DNA of 64,000 bases from Chlorobiota bacterium (GTDB lineage Bacteria > Bacteroidota > Ignavibacteria > Kapaibacteriales > UBA2268), in NCBI GenBank assembly GCA_046290495.1, contig JBKAGT010000005.1, forward strand, positions 897,550-961,549. Direction: 5' to 3'. The notes below the pieces were generated by a model, which was not told the DNA's origin, made no database searches, and worked only from the letters and a program-made list of their open reading frames with translations. This document shows, piece after piece, positions 29,856 to 44,534 of the stretch. Every line of letters begins with the position of its first letter. Within the stretch, counting starts at the first letter, position 1. Made by a program: the position numbers and the translations under genes.

Positions 29856-30186
29856 TTGAACAAAAGCAGCATCAAAATAGAAAAAAGTAAAAACGAAGTT
29901 GGTAATTTCTTCAAAAACTGGCTCAATCTGAACCGCTGGGTAATAATCCTATACCTTATGATAATAGCAGCGGCTGCAGTCCTATACGTAGGCAATGTGA
30001 ACGACACAACTGAACTCCTGACCGAAATAAGGAGCTACGAACGTGGAATAGATGATTTGGAAAATGAGAAGAAGATGGCCCAAGCTAAATTGAAGCGATT
30101 ACAATCCCCAGATAGAATAATTAAAATAGCCGAAGAAAAGCTAAATATGAAAGTAGCAGACGAAGCACCAATTATACTTGAAGTGA

Positions 30187-30203
<17 letters not shown>
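29856..30203 (+). CDS. FtsL-like cell division protein (single TM, coiled coil)
   Basis: TM WVIILYLMIIAAAAVLYV followed by a coiled coil; overlaps the start of the downstream class-B PBP gene. Confidence 0.5.
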
Positions 30204-34316
<4,113 letters not shown>

Positions 34317-34474
34317 CTATATAATATAATTACATCCTAACAGTTATATGACGCAATATAAAATTAAAAATTAGTGAATAATAATAATTCCCAATTTTTG
34401 AGAATGCTATAAAAAAGAATTAAATTGCATAAAATAGAAATTAATTTATAATAGAAAATACATAGGTTATAAAA

Positions 34475-35875
34475 ATGGCAAACAAATCATGTGATGTAGT
34501 AATAATTGGTTCTGGCCCTGGCGGTTACGTAGCTGCCAACAGAGCTTCTCAATTAGGACTAAAAACTATATGTGTAGAAAAAGCAGAATTAGGTGGTGTG
34601 TGTTTGAATTGGGGTTGTATCCCTTCAAAAGCATTGCTAAAATCAGCTGAATACTCTCACTTCTTGCAACATGCTGATGATTACGGTTTCGAAATTGACT
34701 CTGTAAAGAAGAACTTCGGTAAAGTAATAGAAAGATCGAGAGGAGTTGCAAACCAGATGTCTGGTGGTGTTAAGTACCTATTTGGTAAATACAAGGTTGA
34801 CAAAGTTGATGGCTTCGGTAGAATAGCTGCAAAAGGCAAAGTAGAAGTATTAGACGACAAAGGTAAAGTAAAAGACACAATCAATGCTAAACACATTATC
34901 ATTGCTACTGGTGCAAGACCAAGAATGATGGACGGAATTGAAGTTGACTACAAAAACATTTTAACTTCAAAAGAAGCTATGTTACAAGACGAAGCGCCAG
35001 ATGAAATGATCATAATGGGTGCTGGAGCTATTGGTGTTGAGTTTGGTTATTTCTACAACGCATTCGGTACTAAGGTAACGATAGTAGAATATCAGGACAG
35101 AATATTGCCAATAGAAGACAAGGACATTTCGAAAGAATTAGCTCGTAGCTTCAAAAAATCGGGCATTAATTTAGTAACTTCTGCAAAAGTTATTTCTGCT
35201 AAGCCAACTAAGAAAGGCGTAGAAGTAGTAATTGAAAGAGATGGCAAGAAGGAAACACTGAAAGCTGACAAAGCAATCAACGCAATCGGTGTACAAGCTA
35301 ACTTAGAAGATATTGGCTTAGAAAAAGTAGGTGTAAAAGTAGAAAAAGGTGCAATAGTAATTGACGAGCTATGCCGCACAAATGTTGATGGCATTTATGC
35401 TATAGGTGATGTTGCTGGTGCTCCATGGTTAGCACACAAAGCATCTGCTGAAGGTATCGCTTGTGTTGAAGCAATTGCTGGCCACTCTGATAAAGGAATC
35501 AACTATGATACAATTCCTGGTTGTACATATTGCTTACCGCAAGTTGCGTCAATCGGTTTGACTGAAGAAAAAGCAAAGGAAAAAGGTCACGATGTAAAAG
35601 TTGGTAAATTCCCTTTCACTGCGAACGGTAAAGCACACGGTATCGGCAAGGCACAAGGATTTGTTAAGTTAGTATTTGATGCTAAGTACGGCGAAGTATT
35701 GGGTGCACACATGATAGGCCCAGACGTAACTGAATTAGTTGCAGAAATTGGTTTAGCGATTGAACTCGGTGCTACTGCACAATCAATCTTCAAAACAATC
35801 CACGCTCACCCAACATTGAGCGAGTCAGTTATGGAAGCAGCAGCTGCAGCTTATGGCGAGGCAGTGAATATATAA
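34475..35875 (+). CDS. lpd: Dihydrolipoyl dehydrogenase (E3)
   Basis: GSGPGGY FAD motif; redox disulfide GGVCLNWGCIPSKAL; C-terminal HAHPTLSE. Confidence 0.9.
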   Translation: MANKSCDVVIIGSGPGGYVAANRASQLGLKTICVEKAELGGVCLNWGCIPSKALLKSAEYSHFLQHADDYGFEIDSVKKNFGKVIERSRGVANQMSGGVKYLFGKYKVDKVDGFGRIAAKGKVEVLDDKGKVKDTINAKHIIIATGARPRMMDGIEVDYKNILTSKEAMLQDEAPDEMIIMGAGAIGVEFGYFYNAFGTKVTIVEYQDRILPIEDKDISKELARSFKKSGINLVTSAKVISAKPTKKGVEVVIERDGKKETLKADKAINAIGVQANLEDIGLEKVGVKVEKGAIVIDELCRTNVDGIYAIGDVAGAPWLAHKASAEGIACVEAIAGHSDKGINYDTIPGCTYCLPQVASIGLTEEKAKEKGHDVKVGKFPFTANGKAHGIGKAQGFVKLVFDAKYGEVLGAHMIGPDVTELVAEIGLAIELGATAQSIFKTIHAHPTLSESVMEAAAAAYGEAVNI

Positions 35876-35905
35876 TTATATTCCGCAATACTTAGATTTT
35901 TCACA

Positions 35906-35936
35906 ACCCTGCACCATTTTGGTGTGGGGTTTTTTA
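35906..35936 (+). terminator. Rho-independent terminator after lpd
   Basis: accctgcacc-atttt-ggtgtggggt stem (2 G-U pairs) plus T5. Confidence 0.55.
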
Positions 35937-36074
35937 ATTTAATTTACACAACAACTAAAATATTAATAAAGTCTTTTTCGTTATGTATTTTGAAAATAGT
36001 ACTATTTAATGTTTACATAGTCGGAATAAGCCGAATTAGACTATAAATAGAAGTAGGTGTATAACTAATAAGGT

Positions 36075-37046
36075 GTGATTTTTATGAAAAACTTCAATTT
36101 AAAAATTTTAGTATTATTGTTAGCTTTTGGTACTTTCATGGTTGGTTGCGATAGCGACGATGATGATGACAATCCAACAGGACCTGATTCTAAATCTATT
36201 GTTGAATTAGCTTCAGAAACCGATGATTTAAGTATTCTTGTACAAGCTTTAGAACTAACTGATTTAGACGGTACTTTGGCTGGTGAAGGTTCATTCACAG
36301 TATTTGCTCCTACAAATGCCGCATTCGAAGCATTGTTAGCATCAAATGATGATTGGAATTCTCTATCTGATATTCCAACAGAAACATTGAAAAATGTTCT
36401 TCTTTTCCACGTATTAGGATCAAAAGTTGAATCAACTGACCTAACTGACACTTATGTTAACACATTAGCAACTGGTCCAAATGACGAGTTTTTGTCACTT
36501 CAGGTTCAAGTAGATGGTGGAGTAATGTTTAACGGAAACGCAAAGCCAATAACTACTGATATTGAAGCTAACAATGGTGTAATTCACACTATTGATGCTG
36601 TTATGATGCCAAAAAATATAGTTGCTTTAGCTTTAAGTAATGACAATTTTTCAATATTAGTATCAGCATTAACAGATGGAAGACACAATACTGATTTCGT
36701 TGCAACTTTGAATGCAGCAGGACCTTATACAGTATTTGCTCCTACAAATGCAGCTTTCGAAGCTTTATTAGCATCAAATCAGGAGTGGAATTCATTAGGT
36801 GACATACCAATTGAAACATTAGCTGCGGTATTAAGCTATCACGTTGTTGCAGCTGCAAATGTTCAATCTTCAGAACTAACTGATGGTCAAACTATTAATT
36901 TATTTGGTGGTGGAACAGTAGAAGTAGATTTGGATAATGGTGCTGAGTTAATTACAACTTCTGGACAAACTGTAAAAGTTGTTATTCCTGATGTTCAAGG
37001 TACTAATGGTGTTATTCATGCTATTGATAAAGTAATGCTACCATAA
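36075..37046 (+). CDS. Fasciclin (FAS1) domain lipoprotein, two FAS1 domains
   Basis: Lipobox FMVGCDSDDDDD; repeated TVFAPTNAAFEALLASN...GVIHTID FAS1 signatures. Confidence 0.85.
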   Translation: MIFMKNFNLKILVLLLAFGTFMVGCDSDDDDDNPTGPDSKSIVELASETDDLSILVQALELTDLDGTLAGEGSFTVFAPTNAAFEALLASNDDWNSLSDIPTETLKNVLLFHVLGSKVESTDLTDTYVNTLATGPNDEFLSLQVQVDGGVMFNGNAKPITTDIEANNGVIHTIDAVMMPKNIVALALSNDNFSILVSALTDGRHNTDFVATLNAAGPYTVFAPTNAAFEALLASNQEWNSLGDIPIETLAAVLSYHVVAAANVQSSELTDGQTINLFGGGTVEVDLDNGAELITTSGQTVKVVIPDVQGTNGVIHAIDKVMLP

Positions 37047-37075
37047 TAAGCGTAGCTAAAAACTTAGATTGTAAG

Positions 37076-37106
37076 AAAACCACTCTTTTTCATATAGAGT
37101 GGTTTT
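37076..37106. terminator. Bidirectional rho-independent terminator (aaaaccactct...agagtggtttt)
   Basis: 11-bp perfect stem flanked by A/T runs, between convergent genes. Confidence 0.7.
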
Positions 37107-37111
37107 TTTAT

Positions 37112-37501
37112 TTACTTTACCCTATCTTCTACTTGATTTATTCTATATAAGAAATTCCTTGCTATCATTTGAGAACGAGCTATTGCCTCGTCGGCTCTTG
37201 GCCCTTCGAATAGTTCCAACACAGTTTCGCCGAAAAGACGCAACCACTCTGCAAATTGAGTGTCACCCATTTTTGTTTTTTTGCTGAGCATAATGTGTTT
37301 GTACATAGGTTGGCCACGGAATTGATTTTCACCGAACAGTATTCCAGCCCAAAAGTTATACATATGAGGCAAGTGGGTGTCCCAATCAATTCCTGCTACG
37401 TCATTAAATATGAATCCTAAGATTTCACTTTTCTGGACCTTACCGTAGAAGGTATCTACCATCAATTTTATGTCTTCTTTGTCTCTTATATCGTGTTTCA
37501 T
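37112..37501 (-). CDS. Truncated-hemoglobin-like (group III trHb family) globin
   Basis: About 130 aa; pattern DIxxMVDTFYxKV...HLPHMYNFWAGILFG...GQPMYKHIML...FAEWLRLFGETV matches the trHb3 family by recall. Confidence 0.55.
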   Translation of the reverse strand: MKHDIRDKEDIKLMVDTFYGKVQKSEILGFIFNDVAGIDWDTHLPHMYNFWAGILFGENQFRGQPMYKHIMLSKKTKMGDTQFAEWLRLFGETVLELFEGPRADEAIARSQMIARNFLYRINQVEDRVK

Positions 37502-37589
37502 AATAGCTTTTCTTTATAATTAAAACATTATGTATAACGGACTATTCTATCTTATATTTATGTGAAAATAAGATTAATTATATATTCTT

Positions 37590-38015
37590 TTATACTTCGT
37601 GGATTATGTGCTTCACTACGCCCTGAATCTCGAACTTACAGTAGCCTGTGATTTCTATTGGTAGGTATTTTTGGTTAGCAGAAACGAGGTATATTTGCCC
37701 ATTAACACGGTGCAATTTCTTTACTGTCATTTCCCCATCTAACGAAGCCACAACTATCTGACCATCTTTCGGTTCTGCCTTAGCATCTACAATAAGTATA
37801 TCTCCTTCGTGTATGTTCTCGTCTATCATACTATCTCCAGTCACACGAGCCAAATAGACATCTTTCGACCCAGTCAATAACATATTGCCGAGGTCAATAC
37901 TACTTTCTACACTCTCTATTTTTCCACCGCGCTGTATTATAGCTGAGCGAAGAGGTGCCTCGAAAGTAAACCCATTTTTTGGGTTACCATATTTTTCTGC
38001 TTTTAATCTATGCAT
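37590..38015 (-). CDS. UmuD-like S24 peptidase (intact Ser/Lys dyad)
   Basis: VYLARVTGDSMIDENIHEGDILIVD...DGEMTVKKL aligns with UmuD [21 protein letters not shown]...DGEFTVKKL. Confidence 0.75.
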   Translation of the reverse strand: MHRLKAEKYGNPKNGFTFEAPLRSAIIQRGGKIESVESSIDLGNMLLTGSKDVYLARVTGDSMIDENIHEGDILIVDAKAEPKDGQIVVASLDGEMTVKKLHRVNGQIYLVSANQKYLPIEITGYCKFEIQGVVKHIIHEV

Positions 38016-38073
38016 TTATTTTTCAGTCTTGTTTTAGATTCACAAGACATAGTAATCAAAACTTGTGCCGATA

Positions 38074-38502
38074 TTACAACGAATGAATAACTTTAGTTAC
38101 TGTACCTAGTAACTGAAACTCTATCAATGCTTTATCATTATCTAAAGATAAGAACTGCCCTGTGTGTGATTCTAAGAATCTCTCGCCTTCTATTTCTCTG
38201 TAGAATCTAACTGCCAGTTCATCGTTAACAGAAGCGATAACAAATTTGCCGTCAGTTGGCTCAATTGAAGTATCAATTATCAATATATCATTATCGGATA
38301 TACCGACATCTTTTAGCATATCACCCTTTACTTTCACAAAGAAAGTAGCAGCTGGACGCTCTACTAAAAAATCATTCAAATCTACTTCTCTGTCTACATC
38401 CCCCTCGACTGGTATTGGAATACCCGCAGCTACCGACATTGTAAAAAACGGTATCTTTCTGTCGGATTTTGGTAAAAACCCGATTATCTCAAAATTGCTC
38501 AT
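38074..38502 (-). CDS. UmuD-like S24-fold protein with both catalytic residues substituted (Ser->Met, Lys->Arg) but AG cleavage-site motif retained
   Basis: SVAAGIPIP (compare UmuD VQCGFPSPA); FFVKVKGDMLKDVGISDNDILIID (GDSM->GDML); ELAVRFY (VKKL->VRFY). Confidence 0.65.
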   Translation of the reverse strand: MSNFEIIGFLPKSDRKIPFFTMSVAAGIPIPVEGDVDREVDLNDFLVERPAATFFVKVKGDMLKDVGISDNDILIIDTSIEPTDGKFVIASVNDELAVRFYREIEGERFLESHTGQFLSLDNDKALIEFQLLGTVTKVIHSL

Positions 38503-38587
38503 CTTATGATTACCTAAGAATTGTGGAAAACTTCCTTTATGCTAATTCTAATATATAATATAATTATATATAAAGCAAAAGAAAAAG

Positions 38588-39820
38588 TTACCTCAATACC
38601 GCTAAGCTCTTCTCTATCGCTTGTACAAAATAATCGATTTCTTCTTTGGTGTTGTAGAATGAAAATGAAGCACGGATAGTTCCTTGTATGTCGAACCGCT
38701 TCATAACTGGTTGGCTGCAGTGGTGTCCTGTGCGGACTGCCACTCCCATTTTATCTAAGAACATACCCAAATCGAAATGAAATACACCATCGAAATTGAA
38801 GGGCAATATGCTCTTGTTTATTGCAGATTTGTTGTATCGAATAGAGCCATCTATACCGTCGATCTTATCATTTGCATAAGCTAATAGCTCATCTTCATAT
38901 CTGTCGATATTATCTAACCCAATTGAATTGATATAGTCAATAGAAGCACCTAAGCCAATAGCTCCAACTATATTCGGAGTGCCTGCTTCGAATTTATATG
39001 GCAACTCATTGTAGGTCGTTTTTTCCATTGTCACTTCAGTTATCATCTCGCCTCCACCTTGGTATGGAGGAAGTTCTTCTAATAGCTCTTCCTTGCCAAA
39101 AAGAATACCGATGCCAAGTGGGCCATATAGTTTATGACCAGAAAAGCAGTAAAAATCACAGTTTAAATCCTGCACATCAATAGGGATGTGTTGTACAGAT
39201 TGCGCACCATCAATCATCAGTTTGGCCCCTACACTGTGAGATTTGGTAATGACTTTTTTCACATCATTGAGTGTGCCAAGTGAATTAGATACATGGACTA
39301 AACTTACAACTTTAGTCCTTTCAGTGATTAATTCATCTAATTTGCTATAATCTAGCTCAGAATTGTCTGTAACAGGTATGTATTTTAATTTAGCATTTTT
39401 TTCATCTGCAATCATTTGCCAGGGAACTATATTGCTGTGGTGTTCCATCTGGGTTATTAGTATTTCATCGCCTTCGTTGATATACTTTTTTCCAATAGTG
39501 TATGCGGCTAAGTTTATCGAATCTGTAGTTCCTTTGGTGAATACAATCTCATTTGTAGATTTCGCATTCATGAATTGGCGGACAGTTTCCCTCGCCCCCT
39601 CATATTCTTCTGTAGCCAATTGGCTTAAAGTGTGGACTCCTCTGTGAACATTCGAATTTAACTTTGAGTAATATTCTTGTACCTTATCTAACATTTGCTG
39701 TGGCTTCTGAGTAGTAGCGCCGTTGTCAAAATAGATTAGATTGTTCCCATTCACTTTTTCATTCAGAATGGGAAAATCTTTTCTAATCTCTTTGACATCA
39801 AATGTTTCTAATGTTTCCAA
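38588..39820 (-). CDS. sufS: Cysteine desulfurase SufS
   Basis: Class-V aminotransferase; PLP Lys region FSGHKLYGPLGIGILFGK; active-site Cys GHHCSQP. Confidence 0.9.
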   Translation of the reverse strand: METLETFDVKEIRKDFPILNEKVNGNNLIYFDNGATTQKPQQMLDKVQEYYSKLNSNVHRGVHTLSQLATEEYEGARETVRQFMNAKSTNEIVFTKGTTDSINLAAYTIGKKYINEGDEILITQMEHHSNIVPWQMIADEKNAKLKYIPVTDNSELDYSKLDELITERTKVVSLVHVSNSLGTLNDVKKVITKSHSVGAKLMIDGAQSVQHIPIDVQDLNCDFYCFSGHKLYGPLGIGILFGKEELLEELPPYQGGGEMITEVTMEKTTYNELPYKFEAGTPNIVGAIGLGASIDYINSIGLDNIDRYEDELLAYANDKIDGIDGSIRYNKSAINKSILPFNFDGVFHFDLGMFLDKMGVAVRTGHHCSQPVMKRFDIQGTIRASFSFYNTKEEIDYFVQAIEKSLAVLR

Positions 39821-39822
39821 TG

Positions 39823-41136
39823 TTACATACCGAATTTCTTTTCAACTTGATGAGTTATATAATCTCTCACTGGTTCTATGCTAATCTTGTCGATTATCTC
39901 CTGAGAGTAAGCGAATAGTAACATTGCTTTGGCTTTATCTTTTGGAATAGCTCTAGCTTGTAGGTAGAACAAAGCATCTTTGTCGATAGATCCAGTAGAA
40001 GAGCCGTGACTACATTTTACATCGTCAGCATAGATTTCTAACTCTGGCTTAGCATTTACTTTTGCTGTATCTGTAAGCAATACATTCTTACTAGATTGAT
40101 ACGCATTAGTTTTCTGCGCATCAGGTCTAACTAATATTTTACCGTTGAAAGTACCAATTGAATTCCCATCTAATACACCTTTATAAAGCTCATTACTCTC
40201 ACAGTGAGGAGTAGCATGATCAACAAAAGTGTGATTGTCAATCAGATTTCTCTCACTACCATAGTAATAGCCGAAGTAATTTGTGTTGATATTTCCGCCA
40301 TTGTGAGTAGTACCCAAGTCATTTCTAACAAATTTACCGTTCAGAGTAATTGTGTTGTTAGTATATACAGAATCTTTTTCTTGGAATGCTTCAGACTGTG
40401 CAAAGTAAACACCCTTGTCACTATCATTTTGGAATTTGATATGCTCTAAATTAGCATTACTACCAATATAAATTTCAGTTGCAATGTTCATAATACCAAC
40501 ATTGTCACCAAAGGTTACATTAGTCTCATATAGCTTTGCTTCAGCAGTATCTTCAACAACTATCAAGTTTCTTGTTTGCTTAAACTGATTGCTGTTCTGA
40601 GTATCAACTATATTTAGAATGTGGACTGGGTTATCAGCAACCAAACCCTTTTTAGCTTTTATAAACACACCATCGAATGAAAGTGCTGTATTTATAGCAG
40701 AAAATACATTCTCATCATTTTTCAGATACTTGTTATAATACTTATCCAAATCTTCTTGGTTCTCACTGTGAGCTGATTTCATACTTTTAATCTCTAAATT
40801 ACTATTGAAATCAGATAACTCTTCGTTGTAATAGCCATTGACTAATACAACTACATTGTCAAGACCTTCTACTTTGTGTTCATTTACAATCTGAGGAGTA
40901 ATATTGTGCTTGTGTTCTGAAATATCATAATCGAACTCTAAGCCATTCAGAAAACCTACATTAGTGTATTTCCACATTTCATGTTTCAAAGTTGGTAGCC
41001 CATTTTCCTGGAAAATAGACATAGCATTTCTTCTTTGCTTGTGTAATTCTGAATCTTTGTGACCGTTCAGATGAGTTTCAAAAATATCAAAACTGTTTAA
41101 TATTCTATCTTTGAAATTATTGCCTTTTATAGCCAT
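39823..41136 (-). CDS. sufD: Fe-S cluster assembly protein SufD
   Basis: Position in the sufBCD-S operon; SufB/D beta-helix family. Confidence 0.8.
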   Translation of the reverse strand: MAIKGNNFKDRILNSFDIFETHLNGHKDSELHKQRRNAMSIFQENGLPTLKHEMWKYTNVGFLNGLEFDYDISEHKHNITPQIVNEHKVEGLDNVVVLVNGYYNEELSDFNSNLEIKSMKSAHSENQEDLDKYYNKYLKNDENVFSAINTALSFDGVFIKAKKGLVADNPVHILNIVDTQNSNQFKQTRNLIVVEDTAEAKLYETNVTFGDNVGIMNIATEIYIGSNANLEHIKFQNDSDKGVYFAQSEAFQEKDSVYTNNTITLNGKFVRNDLGTTHNGGNINTNYFGYYYGSERNLIDNHTFVDHATPHCESNELYKGVLDGNSIGTFNGKILVRPDAQKTNAYQSSKNVLLTDTAKVNAKPELEIYADDVKCSHGSSTGSIDKDALFYLQARAIPKDKAKAMLLFAYSQEIIDKISIEPVRDYITHQVEKKFGM

Positions 41137-41160
41137 CTTGTTTTGCCTCGCTATTTATAT

Positions 41161-41925
41161 TTATACAGTCTCAGCTGCGTGATCTTTTACCCACTCATAA
41201 CCTTTCTCTTCCAACTCGAGAGCCAACTCTTTGCCACCAGATTTCACAATCTTACCGTCGGCAAGAACGTGTACGAAGTCTGGAACAATATAGTTAAGCA
41301 ATCTTTGGTAGTGAGTAATTACTACAAAAGCATTGTTTTCATTTCTTAATTTGTTTACGCCGTCAGAAACTATCTTCAGTGCATCGATATCGAGACCTGA
41401 GTCAGTTTCGTCGAGTAGTGCCAATTTGGGCTCTAACATTGCCAATTGGAATATCTCGTTTCTCTTCTTTTCTCCACCAGAAAATCCTTCGTTCACTGCT
41501 CTACTCATAAACTTACTGTCAATTTCTACTAAGGCAGATTTCTCTCTCATTCTCTGTAAGAAATCTTTTGCAGCCATTGGCTCTTCGCCTCTTGCTTCTC
41601 TTAGTGCATTGATAGATGATTTCATGAAGTTAGCATTACTCACACCAGGTATTTCTACTGGATATTGGAATGCTAAGAATATTCCATTCTGTGCTCTTTC
41701 GTGCACTTCCAAATCTGTAATATCTTCACCGTCAAAAATTACCTTGCCGCCGTTCACTTCGTAATCTTCTCTTCCTGCAATTACTGATGCCAAAGTACTT
41801 TTACCAGAACCATTCGGCCCCATAATTGCGTGAACTTCACCAGGATTTACTTCTAAGTTCAATCCTTTTAAAATTTGATTATCTTCTATTTTTGCTTGTA
41901 GATTTTCTACTTTCAATAATGACAT
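41161..41925 (-). CDS. sufC: Fe-S cluster assembly ATPase SufC
   Basis: Walker A GPNGSGKST, ABC signature, N-terminus MSLLKVENL. Confidence 0.9.
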   Translation of the reverse strand: MSLLKVENLQAKIEDNQILKGLNLEVNPGEVHAIMGPNGSGKSTLASVIAGREDYEVNGGKVIFDGEDITDLEVHERAQNGIFLAFQYPVEIPGVSNANFMKSSINALREARGEEPMAAKDFLQRMREKSALVEIDSKFMSRAVNEGFSGGEKKRNEIFQLAMLEPKLALLDETDSGLDIDALKIVSDGVNKLRNENNAFVVITHYQRLLNYIVPDFVHVLADGKIVKSGGKELALELEEKGYEWVKDHAAETV

Positions 41926-41969
41926 TTAAAAAACTCCTAATTCTAATTTTCTTTTTTTTATTTTGAGGT

Positions 41970-43421
41970 TTACCCTACACTTCCTTCTAAACTAATAGCT
42001 AATAATTTTTGTGCTTCCACTGCAAATTCCATCGGCAGCTTATTGAGCACTTCCTTAGCATATCCATTTATTATCAACTCCATTGCTTGCCCTTCGTCCA
42101 TACCACGTTGGCTACAGTAGAACAAAATATCCTCTGAAACTTTCGATGTAGTTGCTTCGTGTTCAACGACTGAGCTAGAGTTTGCTATCTCAATGTATGG
42201 GAATGTGTGAGCGCCACACTTATCGCCAATTAGCAATGAGTCACACTCGGAGAAATTACGTGCGTTTTCCGCACCTTTTGTGATGTTTACTAATCCACGA
42301 TAGCTATTTTCACTTTTTCCGGCAGAAATACCTTTAGAGATAATTCTACTTCTGGTGTTTTTACCTATGTGTGTCATCTTAGAGCCAGTGTCGGCTTGCT
42401 GATGATTATTAGTAACTGCAACTGAGTAAAACTCTCCAATAGAATGGTCACCTTTCAATATACAGCTAGGATATTTCCAAGTGATTGATGAACCAGTCTC
42501 AACTTGAGTCCATGATATTTTTGAGTTGTCACCTTCACAAAGACCACGCTTTGTAACGAAGTTATACACTCCGCCTTTTCCATCTTTGTCGCCAGGGTAC
42601 CAGTTTTGAACTGTAGAGTATTTTACCTCTGCATCTTTGTGAGCTACTATCTCTACCACTGCAGCGTGCAGTTGATTTTCGTCTCTCATCGGTGCTGTAC
42701 ATCCTTCTAAGTAACTTACGTAGCTACCTTCGTCTGCAATAATCAGGGTTCTCTCGAACTGACCAGTCATAGCGGCATTCATACGGAAATATGTGCTTAG
42801 CTCCATTGGGCAGCGCACTCCTTTCGGAATATAGCAGAATGAACCATCACTAAATACAGCAGAGTTAAGAGCAGCGTAGAAATTATCAGTAGTTGGAACA
42901 ACTGAACCAATATATTTCTTTACTAAATCAGGGTGATTTTTAACTGCTTCACTCATAGCACAGAATATAATTCCTTTTTCTTTAAGTTCTTCTTGGAATG
43001 TAGTTTTAACAGATACACTATCCACAACTATATCTACAGCTACACCGGTCAAGCGTTTTTGTTCATCGATTGAAATTCCGAGCTTATCGAAAGTCTTTAG
43101 CAACTCGGGATCAACCTCATCTAAACTTTCCAGCTCTGGCTTTTTCTTCGGCGCAGCGTAGTAGTATAAATCTTGGTAATCTGTTTTCTCAATATCTGCT
43201 TTAGCCCATTGTGGCTCTTTCATTGTCAACCAATGTCTATAAGCTTTGAGTCTCCACTCTAGCATAAATTCTGGTTCTTCTTTTTTTGCTGAAATAAAGC
43301 GAATAATATCTTCGTTCAAACCTTTAGGCGCGAACTCTTGCTCTATATCAGTAGTAAAACCATATTTATACTCACTGGTGGTTACTTCTTCTATTAACTT
43401 ATCTTCATTGAAATCAGTCAT
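41970..43421 (-). CDS. sufB: Fe-S cluster assembly protein SufB
   Basis: 483 aa, conserved SufB core; precedes sufC. Confidence 0.9.
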   Translation of the reverse strand: MTDFNEDKLIEEVTTSEYKYGFTTDIEQEFAPKGLNEDIIRFISAKKEEPEFMLEWRLKAYRHWLTMKEPQWAKADIEKTDYQDLYYYAAPKKKPELESLDEVDPELLKTFDKLGISIDEQKRLTGVAVDIVVDSVSVKTTFQEELKEKGIIFCAMSEAVKNHPDLVKKYIGSVVPTTDNFYAALNSAVFSDGSFCYIPKGVRCPMELSTYFRMNAAMTGQFERTLIIADEGSYVSYLEGCTAPMRDENQLHAAVVEIVAHKDAEVKYSTVQNWYPGDKDGKGGVYNFVTKRGLCEGDNSKISWTQVETGSSITWKYPSCILKGDHSIGEFYSVAVTNNHQQADTGSKMTHIGKNTRSRIISKGISAGKSENSYRGLVNITKGAENARNFSECDSLLIGDKCGAHTFPYIEIANSSSVVEHEATTSKVSEDILFYCSQRGMDEGQAMELIINGYAKEVLNKLPMEFAVEAQKLLAISLEGSVG

Positions 43422-43428
43422 TTCAACC

Positions 43429-43866
43429 TCAGTAATTTTTAGTTTCTATTTTTACAAAATTATGCTCTACTATATCTTCCAAGCTTGTACCAGTGAAAAT
43501 AGCTTCTACCTTTTTCTGAATAATTCGAATTGGGTCATGAAGCAAACAACTTGTCTTTTTTTCACATTCTTTATCTGGATTATCAGAAACGCAATCTACA
43601 AGCTCTGGTCTTGCATCTAATGTTTCAATTATATCCATAAGCTTGATTTCATTTGCAGGCTTTGCCAAAAAGTAGCCACCTTTTGTTCCTTGCTGAGAAT
43701 CTACCAAATCAGCTTTTATAAGCTTTTGCATAGTCTTAGCCAAAAAATCATAAGAAAGATGTAGTTCATTAGACAAGTATTTGGCAGTGTACAAATCGCC
43801 TGGATTTGATGCCATATACTGCATTGCTAATATACCATATTCTACTTTTTTTGAGAGCCTTAGCAT
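43429..43866 (-). CDS. Rrf2-family transcriptional regulator (IscR/SufR-like, 3 Cys)
   Basis: wHTH N-terminus [19 protein letters not shown]; Cys cluster [17 protein letters not shown]. Confidence 0.8.
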   Translation of the reverse strand: MLRLSKKVEYGILAMQYMASNPGDLYTAKYLSNELHLSYDFLAKTMQKLIKADLVDSQQGTKGGYFLAKPANEIKLMDIIETLDARPELVDCVSDNPDKECEKKTSCLLHDPIRIIQKKVEAIFTGTSLEDIVEHNFVKIETKNY

Positions 43867-43967
43867 AACCGTTTTTTTACTTGTTTCGTTTGTAAATTAT
43901 AACGATTCAAAAATAAGACTATTTTTATCTTATTTCAAATAATTTGGAGATTTTTACCAACACATTA

Positions 43968-44534
43968 TCACAATACTTCTAATAGTTCATCACTAGTCAT
44001 AATTGTAGCAAACTCATCTTTCAAACTTGCTAAGCTGATTTGGTGAACTAGTTCGGAATCATATTTTTTACCATCTGTACCAATGGTATCGAATGTAGCT
44101 GTTGAATCAGATATTAGATATACTTTATAACCGAGATTATCTGCCATTCTTACGGAAGTAGAAATACAATGGTTTGTAGTGAGACCGACGACAACAAGTT
44201 TCTCGATGGATTGCTTTATTAAAAAGTCTTGCAAATCTGTACCAATAAATGCACTGTTGACATGCTTTGTCATTGCAATTTCGTTTTCTAAGGGCATTAC
44301 TTCATCGGCAAAAGCAAATCCTGGTTTAGATTCATAGAGAGGTGATTCGGGATGTTCGGAGCTGTGCCTTACATGAAAAAGAGGCAAACCAAGTTCACGC
44401 CATTCTTCTAATATTCTACCACATACCTTCTCAGCATCAGGATTGTTTCTATTACCACCATAATACTCTTCTTCTTTCAACCCTTTTTGGATGTCGATTA
44501 GTAATAATGCTGTTTTCCCATCTTTTAAATTCAT
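43968..44534 (-). CDS. Isochorismatase-family cysteine hydrolase
   Basis: ALLLIDIQKG...VVVGLTTNHCISTSVRMA (catalytic Cys). Confidence 0.75.
   Translation of the reverse strand: MNLKDGKTALLLIDIQKGLKEEEYYGGNRNNPDAEKVCGRILEEWRELGLPLFHVRHSSEHPESPLYESKPGFAFADEVMPLENEIAMTKHVNSAFIGTDLQDFLIKQSIEKLVVVGLTTNHCISTSVRMADNLGYKVYLISDSTATFDTIGTDGKKYDSELVHQISLASLKDEFATIMTSDELLEVL

Noticed and set aside
29759-30007. 82-aa minus-strand ORF overlapping the ftsL-like gene start and upstream leader
   Set aside because: Overlaps the better-supported plus-strand gene and the rho/ftsL intergenic leader, and has no features of a real protein.
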